NCBI GenBank assembly: GCA_965140415.1
Contig: OZ223209.1
Coordinates: 2,976,001 to 3,040,000 of the forward strand
Length of the DNA: 64,000 nucleotides
Direction: 5' to 3'
Source of the DNA: Myxococcota bacterium
Lineage (GTDB): Bacteria; Myxococcota_A; SURF-8
A program made the position numbers and the translations under genes. The notes beneath the pieces were generated by a model, which did no database searches, had not been told where the DNA came from, and saw nothing but the letters and a program-made list of their open reading frames with translations. Each line of letters begins with the position of its first letter. Positions within the stretch are counted from its first letter, which is position 1. Shown piece after piece: positions 1 through 9,569 of this stretch.

Positions 1-576
1 TTCACCGGATGGACGCAAGAAGGAAATTCCTCCCTGTATTCAGTCGATCTGGAAACCGTAGCGGCAACGAGTACAGGTGAAAACTTTGAAGAAGATCTGA
101 TCGAAGCCGCAGGGACAATCGTTGCTGCCGGGTTGGTGGGGGGCGGTTCACTGACGACCGAAATCGGAACGGAAAATTTGCCGGACACGGCTTGGAGCAA
201 GTTAAGCATAAGCTTTGAAGGCGCGGCGAATCAGAAGGGCATGCCGCAAACCGATGCGGAAGCGTTTCCCTCAACCATTGAGGTATTTATAGACGAGATC
301 TCGCTTGGAACGATAAGGTTCGCGGATGACTGGGCGGATGCACGCGGCATACTCAGCCATCATCGCTTATCGAGAAGCGGTCCATCCGGTGGGTATGGTA
401 ACTGGGTGGAGCTTGAAGTGTCGGGAGAGAAATTAAACCAGCTCAAGGCTGCTTCGCAAGACGGCGTATGGCGCTTGGTATGGGAAACGGAAGGAGAGGG
501 TGGTGTTATGCTCTACGGAGCACAATCAGGCCGCATCGCGGCTCCACCTCAAGTCGTTGTCGAATCGATGCCTTAA
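1..576 (+). CDS. C-terminal fragment of a probable carbohydrate-active protein (resembles C-terminal domain of some GH2-type proteins); 5' partial
   Basis: Frame 1 is open from base 1 to TAA at 574-576. The motif PQTD..PS..V......G.I...DDWADARGILS....GGYG is recalled from GH2-associated C-terminal domains, so the product is tentative. Confidence 0.45.
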   Translation, partial: FTGWTQEGNSSLYSVDLETVAATSTGENFEEDLIEAAGTIVAAGLVGGGSLTTEIGTENLPDTAWSKLSISFEGAANQKGMPQTDAEAFPSTIEVFIDEISLGTIRFADDWADARGILSHHRLSRSGPSGGYGNWVELEVSGEKLNQLKAASQDGVWRLVWETEGEGGVMLYGAQSGRIAAPPQVVVESMP

Positions 577-1421
577 CCGGCGAACAGGTGCTTTAAAGCA
601 AAGAACAGGTTTTCCTTACGCTCCATCATGCGGCGGCTGAAATAGCCGATCCAGTCGATTCCGTAAGGGACGTACACTCGGATGGCTTCGCCTTCTTTGG
701 CCAGCTTTTCCTGTAGTTTCCGTTCGATGCCGTAGAGCATCTGCCATTCGTAACGGTCTTTTGAAATGTTATTGCTGGCGATAAACGCTCGAAGCGGACC
801 GATCATGTTGCGGTCGTGGGTTGCAATGGCGCAGAACTTCCCATTCGTAAGAATCGTTTCAGCAAGTTTAAGATAATTTTCGTTAACCTGCTCCTTTTTG
901 GGAAAAGCGATTTCGGGCGGTTCCTTGTATGCCCCTTTGCAAAGCCGTATACTTGCCTGCTTTTCGTTTAGCATTGCCACATCCGCTTCGCTTCGGTGCA
1001 AAGCCGATTGAATGACAATGCCGACATTCTTGTAATCTTCGTACAATCTAAGGAAGATATCCAAGGTGCGTTGGGTGACCGGCGAGCCTTCCATATCGAT
1101 GCGTACAAACGTGTTTAATTCCGCTGCTCGCTCTACGATTCGTTTCACGTTTTCATAGCAGAAGTCGTCGTCGATTTCCAAACCCATCATTGTGAGTTTG
1201 ATAGAAACGTTAGCTCTTAAACCATTTACTTTGATTTGATCGAGAATGAGCAGGTATTCATTGGCTGCCTTTACGGCGTCGTCTCTACTGACGACGTTTT
1301 CGCCAAGAAAGTCTATCGTAGCCATGATGTTTCTTGCATTGAGACGGCGTACGGCCTTCATCGCTTCATCGATTCGGTCTCCCGCGACGAAACGTCTGGC
1401 CGCCAACTTCAGGATTCCCAT
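573..1421 (-). CDS. putB: Monofunctional proline dehydrogenase
   Basis: Motifs RFVAG, DFLGE, SIKLT..GL, RIDME, RLCKGAY.EP, ATHD, EWQMLYG, YVPYG..W..YFSRR..ER. Confidence 0.92.
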   Translation of the reverse strand: MGILKLAARRFVAGDRIDEAMKAVRRLNARNIMATIDFLGENVVSRDDAVKAANEYLLILDQIKVNGLRANVSIKLTMMGLEIDDDFCYENVKRIVERAAELNTFVRIDMEGSPVTQRTLDIFLRLYEDYKNVGIVIQSALHRSEADVAMLNEKQASIRLCKGAYKEPPEIAFPKKEQVNENYLKLAETILTNGKFCAIATHDRNMIGPLRAFIASNNISKDRYEWQMLYGIERKLQEKLAKEGEAIRVYVPYGIDWIGYFSRRMMERKENLFFALKHLFAG

Positions 1422-1550
1422 GATTTACTCTCCTATAAAAATCGCAGGCGATGCATTTCTGGCCTTGGCTATGGTAAGAAAAAGCGTTTGGGAAGTCAAA
1501 AATATTCCACTTGTTGCGAAGAATCTGAAAAGGGGGAAGAATTCCGTTTG

Positions 1551-3404
1551 TTAGCGCCAGCGACGCGGACGCTTTCTGAGAACGGCCTTTCCGGTTTTGC
1601 TTGGCTTTTGAATTGCAGGGCGACGATAACGGCGACGATGAGGATCCGTTGGCTCACTATCGGTATCACCAGCAGGACAAAAATCGATCTGCCCCTTTGG
1701 AATGTCAACTCGAATCAGTTTAACCCGGATCGGGTCGCCCAATCTGTAACGAATTTCACTGCGTTGACCAACCAGGGCGTGTTCATTTTCTTGATAAATA
1801 AAGTAATCTGATGCCAGTTTGGAAACATGCACCAGTCCCTCTACAAAGGGTTCGCTGATTTGGACAAAGAAGCCGAATTCTAAAACGCCGGATATTGTTG
1901 CGTCGTATTCTTCACCGATTTTCGAGGCCATGAACTCCGCTTGACAGATGGAAATGGCTTTTCGCTCGATTGTGATCGCGCGCCGCTCGGAAGATGAGCA
2001 TTGTTCGGCCAGAGAGGCATATCGTTGATCGCCTTTTATTGGCGTTTGTTCGTCATCCGGACAGGTCATGGCTTGTTTAAGCAGGCGATGCACGATCAGA
2101 TCCGGATAGCGCCGTATCGGAGATGTGAAATGGCAGTAGTTTTCCAGCGCCAAACCGAAATGACCGATGTTTGTCGTGCTGTACATGGCCTGTTTCATCG
2201 AGCGCAACAAGAGAATATTCAAGTGGTTTCGGTCTTCGCTGGACTGTAATTTACTTAGGAAGCGATTGAGTTCCGTTCCGCGAATCGGTTTTTGGCTCTT
2301 GATGGCATGTCCCAGAGATTTGGCGGTTTCTGCAAAACTTTCAAGCGCTTCTGCATCTGGCCGATCGTGCACGCGAAAGATGCAGGGAAACTCGTGATCC
2401 GTAAGGTAGGTAGCCACCGCTTGATTGGCTTCGATCATGAACACTTCGATCAGGCGATGCGCGTCCAGCCGTGATGACTGTACAATATTCGCGATTTCGC
2501 CGCTTTTATCGATTATGACTTTGGCTTCGGGAATGTCGAGATCCAATGCGCCTCGACTTATTGCCTTTTTCTGAAGCAGTTTGGATAGCTGTTGCATCCT
2601 GTTGAAGGACATTCGAAGTTCCGGTTCTGCATCTGCACCCTTTAGGATGTCCTGAGCCTGTTCATAACTCAGACGCGCCCGGCTGAAAATCAGAGCCTGC
2701 TTGAAATCCAGTCGCTGGGTGTTTCCTTTCCAGTCGTAGTCGATAAATGCAACCATAGCCAGGCGCTTCTCGTTGGGGCGCAAAGAGCACAGACCGTTTG
2801 AAAGAGCATGAGGCAGCATGGGGAACACCGAGCCAGGAACATATACACTGGTGCCACGCATCAGAGCGTCCCGGTCGAGAGGCTGATGCGGAAGCACGTA
2901 ATGAGCGACATCTGCAATCGCCACAGCAAGGCGGATGCCTTGACCGTCTTCGCGTTCCAGTGCGCAAACGGCATCGTCGAAGTCTTTGGCCGAGGCGGGA
3001 TCGATCGTTACAAAAGGAAGATGCTGAAGATCCTCATAATCTTCGGGTAAAGCTTCGACGGAAGAGGGTAGTTCTTCGGTTTCTTTGATTGTCGCTTTAC
3101 TGAATTCAAGCGGAATGCCTTCATCGGCGCACAATCCATGAAAAAGAATCTCTCGTTGTTTCTGTGTGCTGACAGGTTCTTTGGTAGCCGTGAGTCCTTT
3201 GGGTAGCGGAGTTTTACCCAGTCGATAAAAACGACCTTTTCGAAGGCGAAGATAATCGCTGCGAACCAATTCCGATAAAAGATGCCGAAATGAGGTTCGG
3301 TCTTTTACCGAAACGCCTAGCGCCCGTATGAGGTCGCGATAACGGATTTCCTCTACATTGCTTTCGATAAAGATCGAAAGCACATTTGCTGCACTGATGG
3401 ACAT
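1551..3404 (-). CDS. rnr: RNase R / RNB-family 3'-5' exoribonuclease (HTH + RNB + S1 + basic tail; cold-shock domains missing)
   Basis: Catalytic TIDPASAKDFDDA, IADVAHYV, RGTSVY, HFGLA...YCHFTSPIRRYPDLIVHR, S1 domain (FGFFV...EGLVHVS) and a K/R-rich tail. Confidence 0.88.
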   Translation of the reverse strand: MSISAANVLSIFIESNVEEIRYRDLIRALGVSVKDRTSFRHLLSELVRSDYLRLRKGRFYRLGKTPLPKGLTATKEPVSTQKQREILFHGLCADEGIPLEFSKATIKETEELPSSVEALPEDYEDLQHLPFVTIDPASAKDFDDAVCALEREDGQGIRLAVAIADVAHYVLPHQPLDRDALMRGTSVYVPGSVFPMLPHALSNGLCSLRPNEKRLAMVAFIDYDWKGNTQRLDFKQALIFSRARLSYEQAQDILKGADAEPELRMSFNRMQQLSKLLQKKAISRGALDLDIPEAKVIIDKSGEIANIVQSSRLDAHRLIEVFMIEANQAVATYLTDHEFPCIFRVHDRPDAEALESFAETAKSLGHAIKSQKPIRGTELNRFLSKLQSSEDRNHLNILLLRSMKQAMYSTTNIGHFGLALENYCHFTSPIRRYPDLIVHRLLKQAMTCPDDEQTPIKGDQRYASLAEQCSSSERRAITIERKAISICQAEFMASKIGEEYDATISGVLEFGFFVQISEPFVEGLVHVSKLASDYFIYQENEHALVGQRSEIRYRLGDPIRVKLIRVDIPKGQIDFCPAGDTDSEPTDPHRRRYRRPAIQKPSKTGKAVLRKRPRRWR

Positions 3405-3430
3405 ATAGAAGCTTCTCGAGTGTTAGGTGG

Positions 3431-4951
3431 CTACCCTCGTTGTCGTTTTCTTCGATAGAAGGCGAACATGGAAAGCAGCAGCAGAAAAACAAGCGATGAG
3501 GAAGATGTTTGAGAACAACCGCCGCTACCATCTTCGAAATTTCCTCCGTCATCGCTGTCACCATCCGGTGCGATAATTGCTGCGTCGCCATCCGTATCGC
3601 CATCTGTGGCGATTTGGTCTACGACAGAGAAATTCAGTGAACTTTCCGCATCCGAGCATTCCGTGGATTCGTCGTTTTTGACCTCTGCACGCAGTTCATA
3701 GGAACCGATCTGTGGTGCGGTCCAGTATGTTTCCGCCTGTTGGGAATAGGTTTTCAGATAGGTCCATTCCCCACCGGTCTGGCGAACGGAAAAACGATAG
3801 AGCAGATCGCTTTCCCCTGTTGCAGAGCAGGACAGTCGCACGCTGGTTTGAGGCAGTACCGGCGAAATGGGATCGGCTGTAAAGCTTGTGATCGTCGCTG
3901 AAAATTCGGGCGCTTCACCATCATTTAAAACCGTGTCGTCTTTAGCCGTGCAGGCGCGTCCGCTTCCCATCGGCATCAGGAAACTGCATACCCAGCCATC
4001 CGTACAATCCGGAATGTCCGAACAGTATTTCGTACAATAGGCGCGTCCCAGGGTGCTGTCATTCAGACATAACAAGTTTTCTGCGCATATCTTGGCGTTG
4101 GTTTCTTCACCGCAAGGGTCGCCTTGCTGTCCGATTTCCGGTTCAGGAGGAAGGCACTGGCCGTCCAGGCAGGTAAAAGCTGGGGTGCAGTCCGGGGCGC
4201 ATTCGCAGGAGGCGGAACAGATTTTCCCTCCACTTTCCTCGTGTTCCAAACAAATGCGGTCGTTCTTGCAATCATTATCACTTTCGCAAGGTGACCCGGT
4301 TACACCGGTGATCGGGTAAATCGAACAAATGCCCTGAATGTCGTCTGCGGCGAGATCGCGTTTGCTGATTTCCCCAGGGGCTGCACCGAAATACATGGTA
4401 GCATCCAGGATGTTGGGATGATCCAACCCGACAAAATGCCCGATTTCATGTGTGGCGATATTTTGCAGATCCGCCTTATTGGCTTCACCTTCCGCCGCAA
4501 CCGACCAGGAGAAGTTTTTATTGTACAGAATGTCCGAATCCATGATGTGACCGGATGAGGTGTCGAAAACGGGAACGGTGACCGCATAGGCGTCCGTCCA
4601 TTCTCCTGGCCATTCATTCTCATTGATCCAGATCATGACATTTTGACTGTCGGTGGTCAATGTTCCGGCCTGGGAACCATCGATATCGACTGTTCCCTTG
4701 TATTCGAATTGCATGTAAGAACATTCGACATTTCCCCAGGTGTTGAAGCTGGCCTGCAACGCACTCTGGACGGAATCCAGCGAAAAACCGGGAATGCCAT
4801 CTTCATCCAGGTACCAGTTGGCAGGAATGGAATTGTCATCCCAGCGAATCGGAGTGCCTCCACTGGTTTCCAGTGCCACATAGGCATGGACTGGTAATGC
4901 CAAAGCGGAGAGAACGAAAAAGAAGGTGGCCGCGAGATAAATACGTTTCAT
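3431..4951 (-). CDS. Secreted matrixin (M10) zinc metalloprotease with Cys-rich region, Ig-like (triple-Tyr/PKD-like) domain and C-terminal sorting signal
   Basis: Signal peptide (VHA|Y), metzincin HEIGHFVGLDH, Met-turn ATMY, DDIQGI..IYP, and tail GSGGCSQ-TM-RRKRQRG. Confidence 0.85.
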   Translation of the reverse strand: MKRIYLAATFFFVLSALALPVHAYVALETSGGTPIRWDDNSIPANWYLDEDGIPGFSLDSVQSALQASFNTWGNVECSYMQFEYKGTVDIDGSQAGTLTTDSQNVMIWINENEWPGEWTDAYAVTVPVFDTSSGHIMDSDILYNKNFSWSVAAEGEANKADLQNIATHEIGHFVGLDHPNILDATMYFGAAPGEISKRDLAADDIQGICSIYPITGVTGSPCESDNDCKNDRICLEHEESGGKICSASCECAPDCTPAFTCLDGQCLPPEPEIGQQGDPCGEETNAKICAENLLCLNDSTLGRAYCTKYCSDIPDCTDGWVCSFLMPMGSGRACTAKDDTVLNDGEAPEFSATITSFTADPISPVLPQTSVRLSCSATGESDLLYRFSVRQTGGEWTYLKTYSQQAETYWTAPQIGSYELRAEVKNDESTECSDAESSLNFSVVDQIATDGDTDGDAAIIAPDGDSDDGGNFEDGSGGCSQTSSSSLVFLLLLSMFAFYRRKRQRG

Positions 4952-4962
4952 GCGGTCCTCCT

Positions 4963-5529
4963 TTACTTCGATGCCAGAATCGACTGGATACGGGAAAGAA
5001 ATTCGGTCATGCTCATCTCTTCGGGGCTTTTTCGTACGATTTCCGCTTTGCCTGTCTCCGGATTTTGGACGACAACTCCTATATCCGTGAACTTCTGTTT
5101 AACAATCTTATGGTGGGTATCGCTTGTGTTTTTCTCAAATACGGTAAACGCACCCTGACTCATCCCCCGCAGGAAATAGTGCTGTTCTTTTTTTACAAGG
5201 AAAAGAACCACTTCTTCCCCTTCGTGAAAGGCAGGTGAGCCCACTGCACGCATGCCACGGCCCTGGTATTCACCTCCGAATTGACGTAACACGATCTCGT
5301 GCTGTTCTTGCCCCTTCAAAATAGAGGTGGGCGACAGGTGAACTTCGGTATAGATGCGATCGCTTTTTGCATCGTACACGGTATCCAGCTTATTGACGAC
5401 ACCTTGTACGATAAGATCGGATTTCAAGCACAACGCAGTCAAATCGAAGGACTTGACAAGTGTAGCGTGTGCTGAAACCCCGATTGTCAAGACAAACAAA
5501 AACGTAGCAAAAGAAAACAGGCGTTTCAT
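4963..5529 (-). CDS. Secreted conserved hypothetical protein, co-transcribed with the matrixin
   Basis: Signal peptide AHA|T; pattern L...SDLIV.G.V...IYT.V.....LKG....I...GG......G.P.F..GEEVVLFL...GMSQG.F; 11-bp gap to the matrixin. Confidence 0.75.
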   Translation of the reverse strand: MKRLFSFATFLFVLTIGVSAHATLVKSFDLTALCLKSDLIVQGVVNKLDTVYDAKSDRIYTEVHLSPTSILKGQEQHEIVLRQFGGEYQGRGMRAVGSPAFHEGEEVVLFLVKKEQHYFLRGMSQGAFTVFEKNTSDTHHKIVKQKFTDIGVVVQNPETGKAEIVRKSPEEMSMTEFLSRIQSILASK

Positions 5530-5578
5530 TTGTATTTACTCCATGTTCACAACGGCTGGCGAGTCCAGTGGTGAGTAA

Positions 5579-5965
5579 TCATGAACCAAGAATTGTGCGG
5601 ATTTTCTCCACAATGTCTTCGCGGGTGAAAGGCTTGTCCAAATAGTCGGCCTTACCGGCATCGATCAATTTGCGGATCTGATCGTTCAACCCGTAACCGG
5701 ATGAAAAAAGAACTTTCAAGTCTGGTCTTTTTTCCCAGAGAATTCGAGCCAGTTCCGGACCGTCCATTTCCGGCATGACCACATCAAGAATTGAAAATGG
5801 AATGTCCAGTTCTTCCGAGCAGACAATGTCCAATGCTTCTTTACAGTTGTCGGTGGCCTTTACCTGGTATCCCAGGCGCTCGAAAATTCGCCGGCCTAAA
5901 ATGAGAACCAGTTCCTCATCATCGACAAGCAAAACCGTTTGATTGCTCGTGTCATTTCCGTTCAT
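5579..5965 (-). CDS. Stand-alone response regulator receiver (CheY-like)
   Basis: LLVDDE, ILDVVMPEMDG (phosphoacceptor D), SGY, KPF. Confidence 0.88.
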   Translation of the reverse strand: MNGNDTSNQTVLLVDDEELVLILGRRIFERLGYQVKATDNCKEALDIVCSEELDIPFSILDVVMPEMDGPELARILWEKRPDLKVLFSSGYGLNDQIRKLIDAGKADYLDKPFTREDIVEKIRTILGS

Positions 5966-6193
5966 CAGGTTGTCCTTCCACAGGGCTACAAGTTCGGTAG
6001 CCTATTTTTTCCTTTCATAGTTATAAACGATCTTTACAAAAGATGAAACACAAAAAATACTTCTCTTATTGATCAGATAGATCTGATTTTCATTCCTGAA
6101 AGTGTCTTTAGAAAGGCAAAGGAGCAGAACTATGCTGAAGCATCATGCTAACAAATATAGGATGATGAGTATTTCTTAAGGTGTCTGAAAAGA

Positions 6194-6223
6194 AAGCAGG
6201 CGACCTTGATTGGTCGCCTGCTT
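6194..6223 (-). terminator. Rho-independent terminator
   Basis: 12-bp perfect stem aagcaggcgacc/ggtcgcctgctt with a 6-nt loop and a U-rich run on the minus strand, just after the stop at 6232. Confidence 0.75.
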
Positions 6224-6231
6224 GGAAGGAG

Positions 6232-9200
6232 CTAGTTAGATAGGTCAGGCTCTAGTCCAATGATTGCTCGATTGTACGCGGTGTAAATACCGCCGAGATT
6301 GTCGATGTCGTAGTAGCCCCTGATACCACCAAATGCGTAATCTACATAGAATTCGTCGGCATCATTGTAGCCGTCACAGACCCACCAGTGACCATATACG
6401 CGACCTGATTCACCCGGGGCAGGACTGTCGGGGGTGCGTCCTACGACGACAATCGGGCGACCTGCATCCAGTTCGGCTTTAAATATATCGAACCATTCTT
6501 GCCTGGTATAGTTTTCTCGATAGACGATGGAGGCATTCTGACTGAACTTGAAGTAATTGACAAATGTGGAGGGCAGATCGCCTTCCGCACCGATGGCCCA
6601 AATATGGGTGTATTCTCCTACTGCTCCGCTCGCTGCAAACAGCTTTGCGGTTTCCTGGTATTCTGCTTCCGTGGCGTCCGGTGCTAGCGTGGCAGCCATC
6701 GCAGAATAGTCTAGATTCAGGTTTTCAAGATCCATATCCCAGTTGTTGCCCCAGTAATCGTTGAACTGAAGATGTCCTACCCCATTCGTCGGATACTGCC
6801 AGTAGTGAAGAATACGAGCGATGGAGGTTGGACCACAAGCGTTGCCGTAATGACCGTTCGGTCCGTCCACATCTTCGGGGTAATAGGCGTTGTACGGCCA
6901 AGTGAAGGTGTTCCATTGATTCTGGATGAGTGGCCCAACTACTGGCTCCGGAAGTGAAAGAGTGATGTCATCTGCCGAACGTGGATTCAGCCCATACTCG
7001 GAATAGTTGTAGTCTACAATGCCGATGATGGTGTCAAATTCATCGCCATTGGCTGGCGTTTCGTATCGGAACATGCCGTCGTCGATCTGGCAGGCACCCG
7101 ATCCGTCATCTACATACCATTGGTTGTAGCTGTCCGGTACCTGGGTAACACTTGCGTCTGCAACTTTTATCAACACCGATTCATAGGCTTCGGCATTGAC
7201 CGCTGATACAAGATCGCCGGTAGAAACAAGAGTCGGCTCGGGCAAGGAATTTCCTGAGCTTACAACTGAAACCGTTGCGTTGCTGATTTCGGTGAATCCA
7301 AAATATTCGACAATCAGTCCGGTTACGATTACTTCATCACCAAGCGCGGGGGATGTGTCTGCATTGTAAACGTACAGGCCATTGTAAGCACCGCCATCCG
7401 AGGAGGAAATGAAGAAATTGTTGCCATAACCGCTGAAATGGGTTGCCGTCACGATGCCGGTTGTTTGTACAACTTGGTCGAGAAGAGGGCTGGGGTAGGT
7501 GCCATCTCCGGCATCGGTGGTGTATTGGATGTCATAGATCGGCGTTGGACTTGTTTCTCCATCACCGTCGATATCACCATCTACCGTCCAGTCACAACGT
7601 TGTTCCTGTTGATTGCACACCTGGGTGCCATCGTCACAGCTTTCCACCACAGTGTTGTATCCGCATGCGTCGATGTAGAGCAGGTCATTGTTTTCGCACC
7701 AGACATTCGCTCCGGGAAGGCAGAAATCACCCGGTGTGCCGATATTGATGCAGTTGAAACTGTTGTCGCATTCGGACTGTTCCTGGCAGGGCTTCACACA
7801 TACTTTTCTGTCGATAATACTGATGTCTATACAGAAATGGTCCGGTGCGCAATCATCGGTTACTTCGCATTCACTGCATTGAGAACCGATCATCTCACAA
7901 CTTCGGGTTCCTGCATTGCAAGTTTCGGTGGCATCGTCGCAAGTTAAGAGCAACCTCTCTTTGCCACAGGTGTCGACACTATACATGTCATTATCGATAC
8001 AACTTGTTTGCTGGGTGGGGACACAATAGTTGCTCGGACCGCCGATGTCCTGACATGAAAAGTCTTCATCGCAATCAGATTGCTGTGTACAGCTTGCTAC
8101 GCAGAAATTGCCACTTCCATCTTGATAGCCGACACAGGCATGATTTGCAGCGCAATCAGTACTGTATTCGCAGAAATCACACTGTTGTCCCGACATATCA
8201 TCGCCGTCCGCTATATCTCCATCTACAATATCGCCATCGATAACATCACCGTCAACGGTGTCACCGTCAACAACAATATCTCCGTCTACGATATCTCCAT
8301 CCGAAACATCGCCGTCAACAATATCGCCATCAGTGAGATCACCGTCAGATATATCACCATCGGTCACATCGCCATCGATGACATCTCCGTCGGTAACATC
8401 TCCGTCAACAACAATGTCTCCATCTATCAACTCGTCGCCATCGACTGGATAATCACCGTCTACGACTATGTCGCCGTCTTCAACAGGGTTGAGTGAACGG
8501 ACGCAACGGATACGCATCAAATTATGATGATAGTAAGCCCGTAAGATGGCTGCGTTGAAGTTCAAGGACCAAGAGATGTTGTCCTCGGCCAGATTCGCCG
8601 ACCAATAACCCACGCAAGTGTCTTCGTCGATCAATGTGGTCGGCGCGTAGCAACCGGCATCTCCCGGACCCTGAAGAAACGTGCAGTTGTCACCGCAGGC
8701 ATCGTTGTCTTTGCACTGATTGGAAAGACAATCGCCTTCCTTAATGTTACAAGCGCCATCGAAGGCCATTGTATCGCAGCCGCGGACCAGAGTACGCAAC
8801 TCGCCGATACCAGGTAGACGCCAATCATCAAAATCGGCTAAGGAAAGTTCGGCGCAATAGGCAATCGCATCGCCATAATTCAGCGTATCGTCCGAGATAA
8901 TGCGCTGCCACATCAGTCCGTACGTCTCGTCGATCCAGATGTCGCCGAAATCCGCTTCTTCTTTATCGCCGTCAACCTCATCACCGTCGGTGACATCACC
9001 ATCAGTCACATCACCGTCAGTCACATCACCGTCAGTTACATCTCCGTCTGCGATATCACCATCAGCCACATCACCGTCAGTTACATCTCCGTCTGCGATA
9101 TCACCATCAGCCACATCACCGTCAGTTACATCTCCGTCAGTGATATCACCATCAGCCACATCACCGTCTGCGATATCACCATCAGCCACATCTCCGTCAG

Positions 9201-9312
9201 TTACATCTCCGTCGGTGACATCACCATCGGTTGTGTCTTCATCTGAACCACAGGCAGTCAATGTCAGAATTAGTAAAAGGAAGAAGAACATCAACGTTGA
9301 TCTACAGTGCAT
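6232..9312 (-). CDS. Multidomain lipoprotein: DGD repeats, DUF1566 (Lcl C-terminal), DGD repeats, Cys-rich repeats, OB-fold region, peptidase C10 (streptopain-like)
   Basis: Lipobox LTAC; GLMWQ..A.AYC..L....DWRLP...EL..YWS..RCVR (DUF1566); IYDIQ..SP...V..TGIVTA (OB-fold); PYN..P..ACGPT..A.ILHYW.YP and GHWWVCDGY (C10). Confidence 0.8.
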   Translation of the reverse strand: MHCRSTLMFFFLLLILTLTACGSDEDTTDGDVTDGDVTDGDVADGDIADGDVADGDITDGDVTDGDVADGDIADGDVTDGDVADGDIADGDVTDGDVTDGDVTDGDVTDGDEVDGDKEEADFGDIWIDETYGLMWQRIISDDTLNYGDAIAYCAELSLADFDDWRLPGIGELRTLVRGCDTMAFDGACNIKEGDCLSNQCKDNDACGDNCTFLQGPGDAGCYAPTTLIDEDTCVGYWSANLAEDNISWSLNFNAAILRAYYHHNLMRIRCVRSLNPVEDGDIVVDGDYPVDGDELIDGDIVVDGDVTDGDVIDGDVTDGDISDGDLTDGDIVDGDVSDGDIVDGDIVVDGDTVDGDVIDGDIVDGDIADGDDMSGQQCDFCEYSTDCAANHACVGYQDGSGNFCVASCTQQSDCDEDFSCQDIGGPSNYCVPTQQTSCIDNDMYSVDTCGKERLLLTCDDATETCNAGTRSCEMIGSQCSECEVTDDCAPDHFCIDISIIDRKVCVKPCQEQSECDNSFNCINIGTPGDFCLPGANVWCENNDLLYIDACGYNTVVESCDDGTQVCNQQEQRCDWTVDGDIDGDGETSPTPIYDIQYTTDAGDGTYPSPLLDQVVQTTGIVTATHFSGYGNNFFISSSDGGAYNGLYVYNADTSPALGDEVIVTGLIVEYFGFTEISNATVSVVSSGNSLPEPTLVSTGDLVSAVNAEAYESVLIKVADASVTQVPDSYNQWYVDDGSGACQIDDGMFRYETPANGDEFDTIIGIVDYNYSEYGLNPRSADDITLSLPEPVVGPLIQNQWNTFTWPYNAYYPEDVDGPNGHYGNACGPTSIARILHYWQYPTNGVGHLQFNDYWGNNWDMDLENLNLDYSAMAATLAPDATEAEYQETAKLFAASGAVGEYTHIWAIGAEGDLPSTFVNYFKFSQNASIVYRENYTRQEWFDIFKAELDAGRPIVVVGRTPDSPAPGESGRVYGHWWVCDGYNDADEFYVDYAFGGIRGYYDIDNLGGIYTAYNRAIIGLEPDLSN
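8200..8480 (-). repeat. Coding DGDxx repeat block 2 (about 17 copies)
   Basis: Translated DGDIVV/DGDVT/DGDIS/DGDLT arrays with a 15-18 nt period. Confidence 0.85.
8965..9231 (-). repeat. Coding 15-nt tandem repeat encoding DGD(V/I)(T/A), about 18 copies, with a 45-nt higher-order period
   Basis: Units such as tcaccgtcagttaca, tctccgtctgcgata and tcaccatcagccaca; a 45-nt unit repeats identically at about 9024-9113. Confidence 0.92.
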
Positions 9313-9515
9313 GTTTAGAACTCCCGCGTTAAACAGTAAAGTAAAATCTGCAGCAGGTAATGTTATAATTATTTAAAGGATTACAGGCAATGCTTTTCGG
9401 TGGAAAATCGCATTTTATTCTAAAATAAATTACCTATAAAACTCGCGGAGTTGTATGAATATGCCTTGTGTCGAATGAGATGAAATTTCAGGAAAGGGGA
9501 TGTGATAGGTAGAAA

Positions 9516-9544
9516 AAAGCAGCAAGTTGTCCGCTTGCTGCTTT
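9516..9544 (-). terminator. Rho-independent terminator of the sigma/anti-sigma operon
   Basis: Stem aaagcagcaag/cttgctgcttt, followed by U-tract on the minus strand. Confidence 0.72.
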
Positions 9545-9569
9545 CTGGATTCATGCTGTCAAGTAGGGG

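Noticed and set aside
8480-8945. DUF1566 domain as a diversity-generating retroelement target
   Set aside because: No reverse transcriptase and no near-identical template repeat are visible in the window, and the domain is internal rather than C-terminal. A remote DGR cannot be excluded.
8965-9231. Regular short repeats as a CRISPR array (also 38237-38534)
   Set aside because: The units are contiguous multiples of 3 inside ORFs with no unique spacers, and there are no cas genes.
8080-9376. Antisense Ser/Pro-rich ORFs (SPSVT)n and other shadow ORFs
   Set aside because: They are reverse-complement by-products of the DGD repeats, with no RBS or independent evidence.
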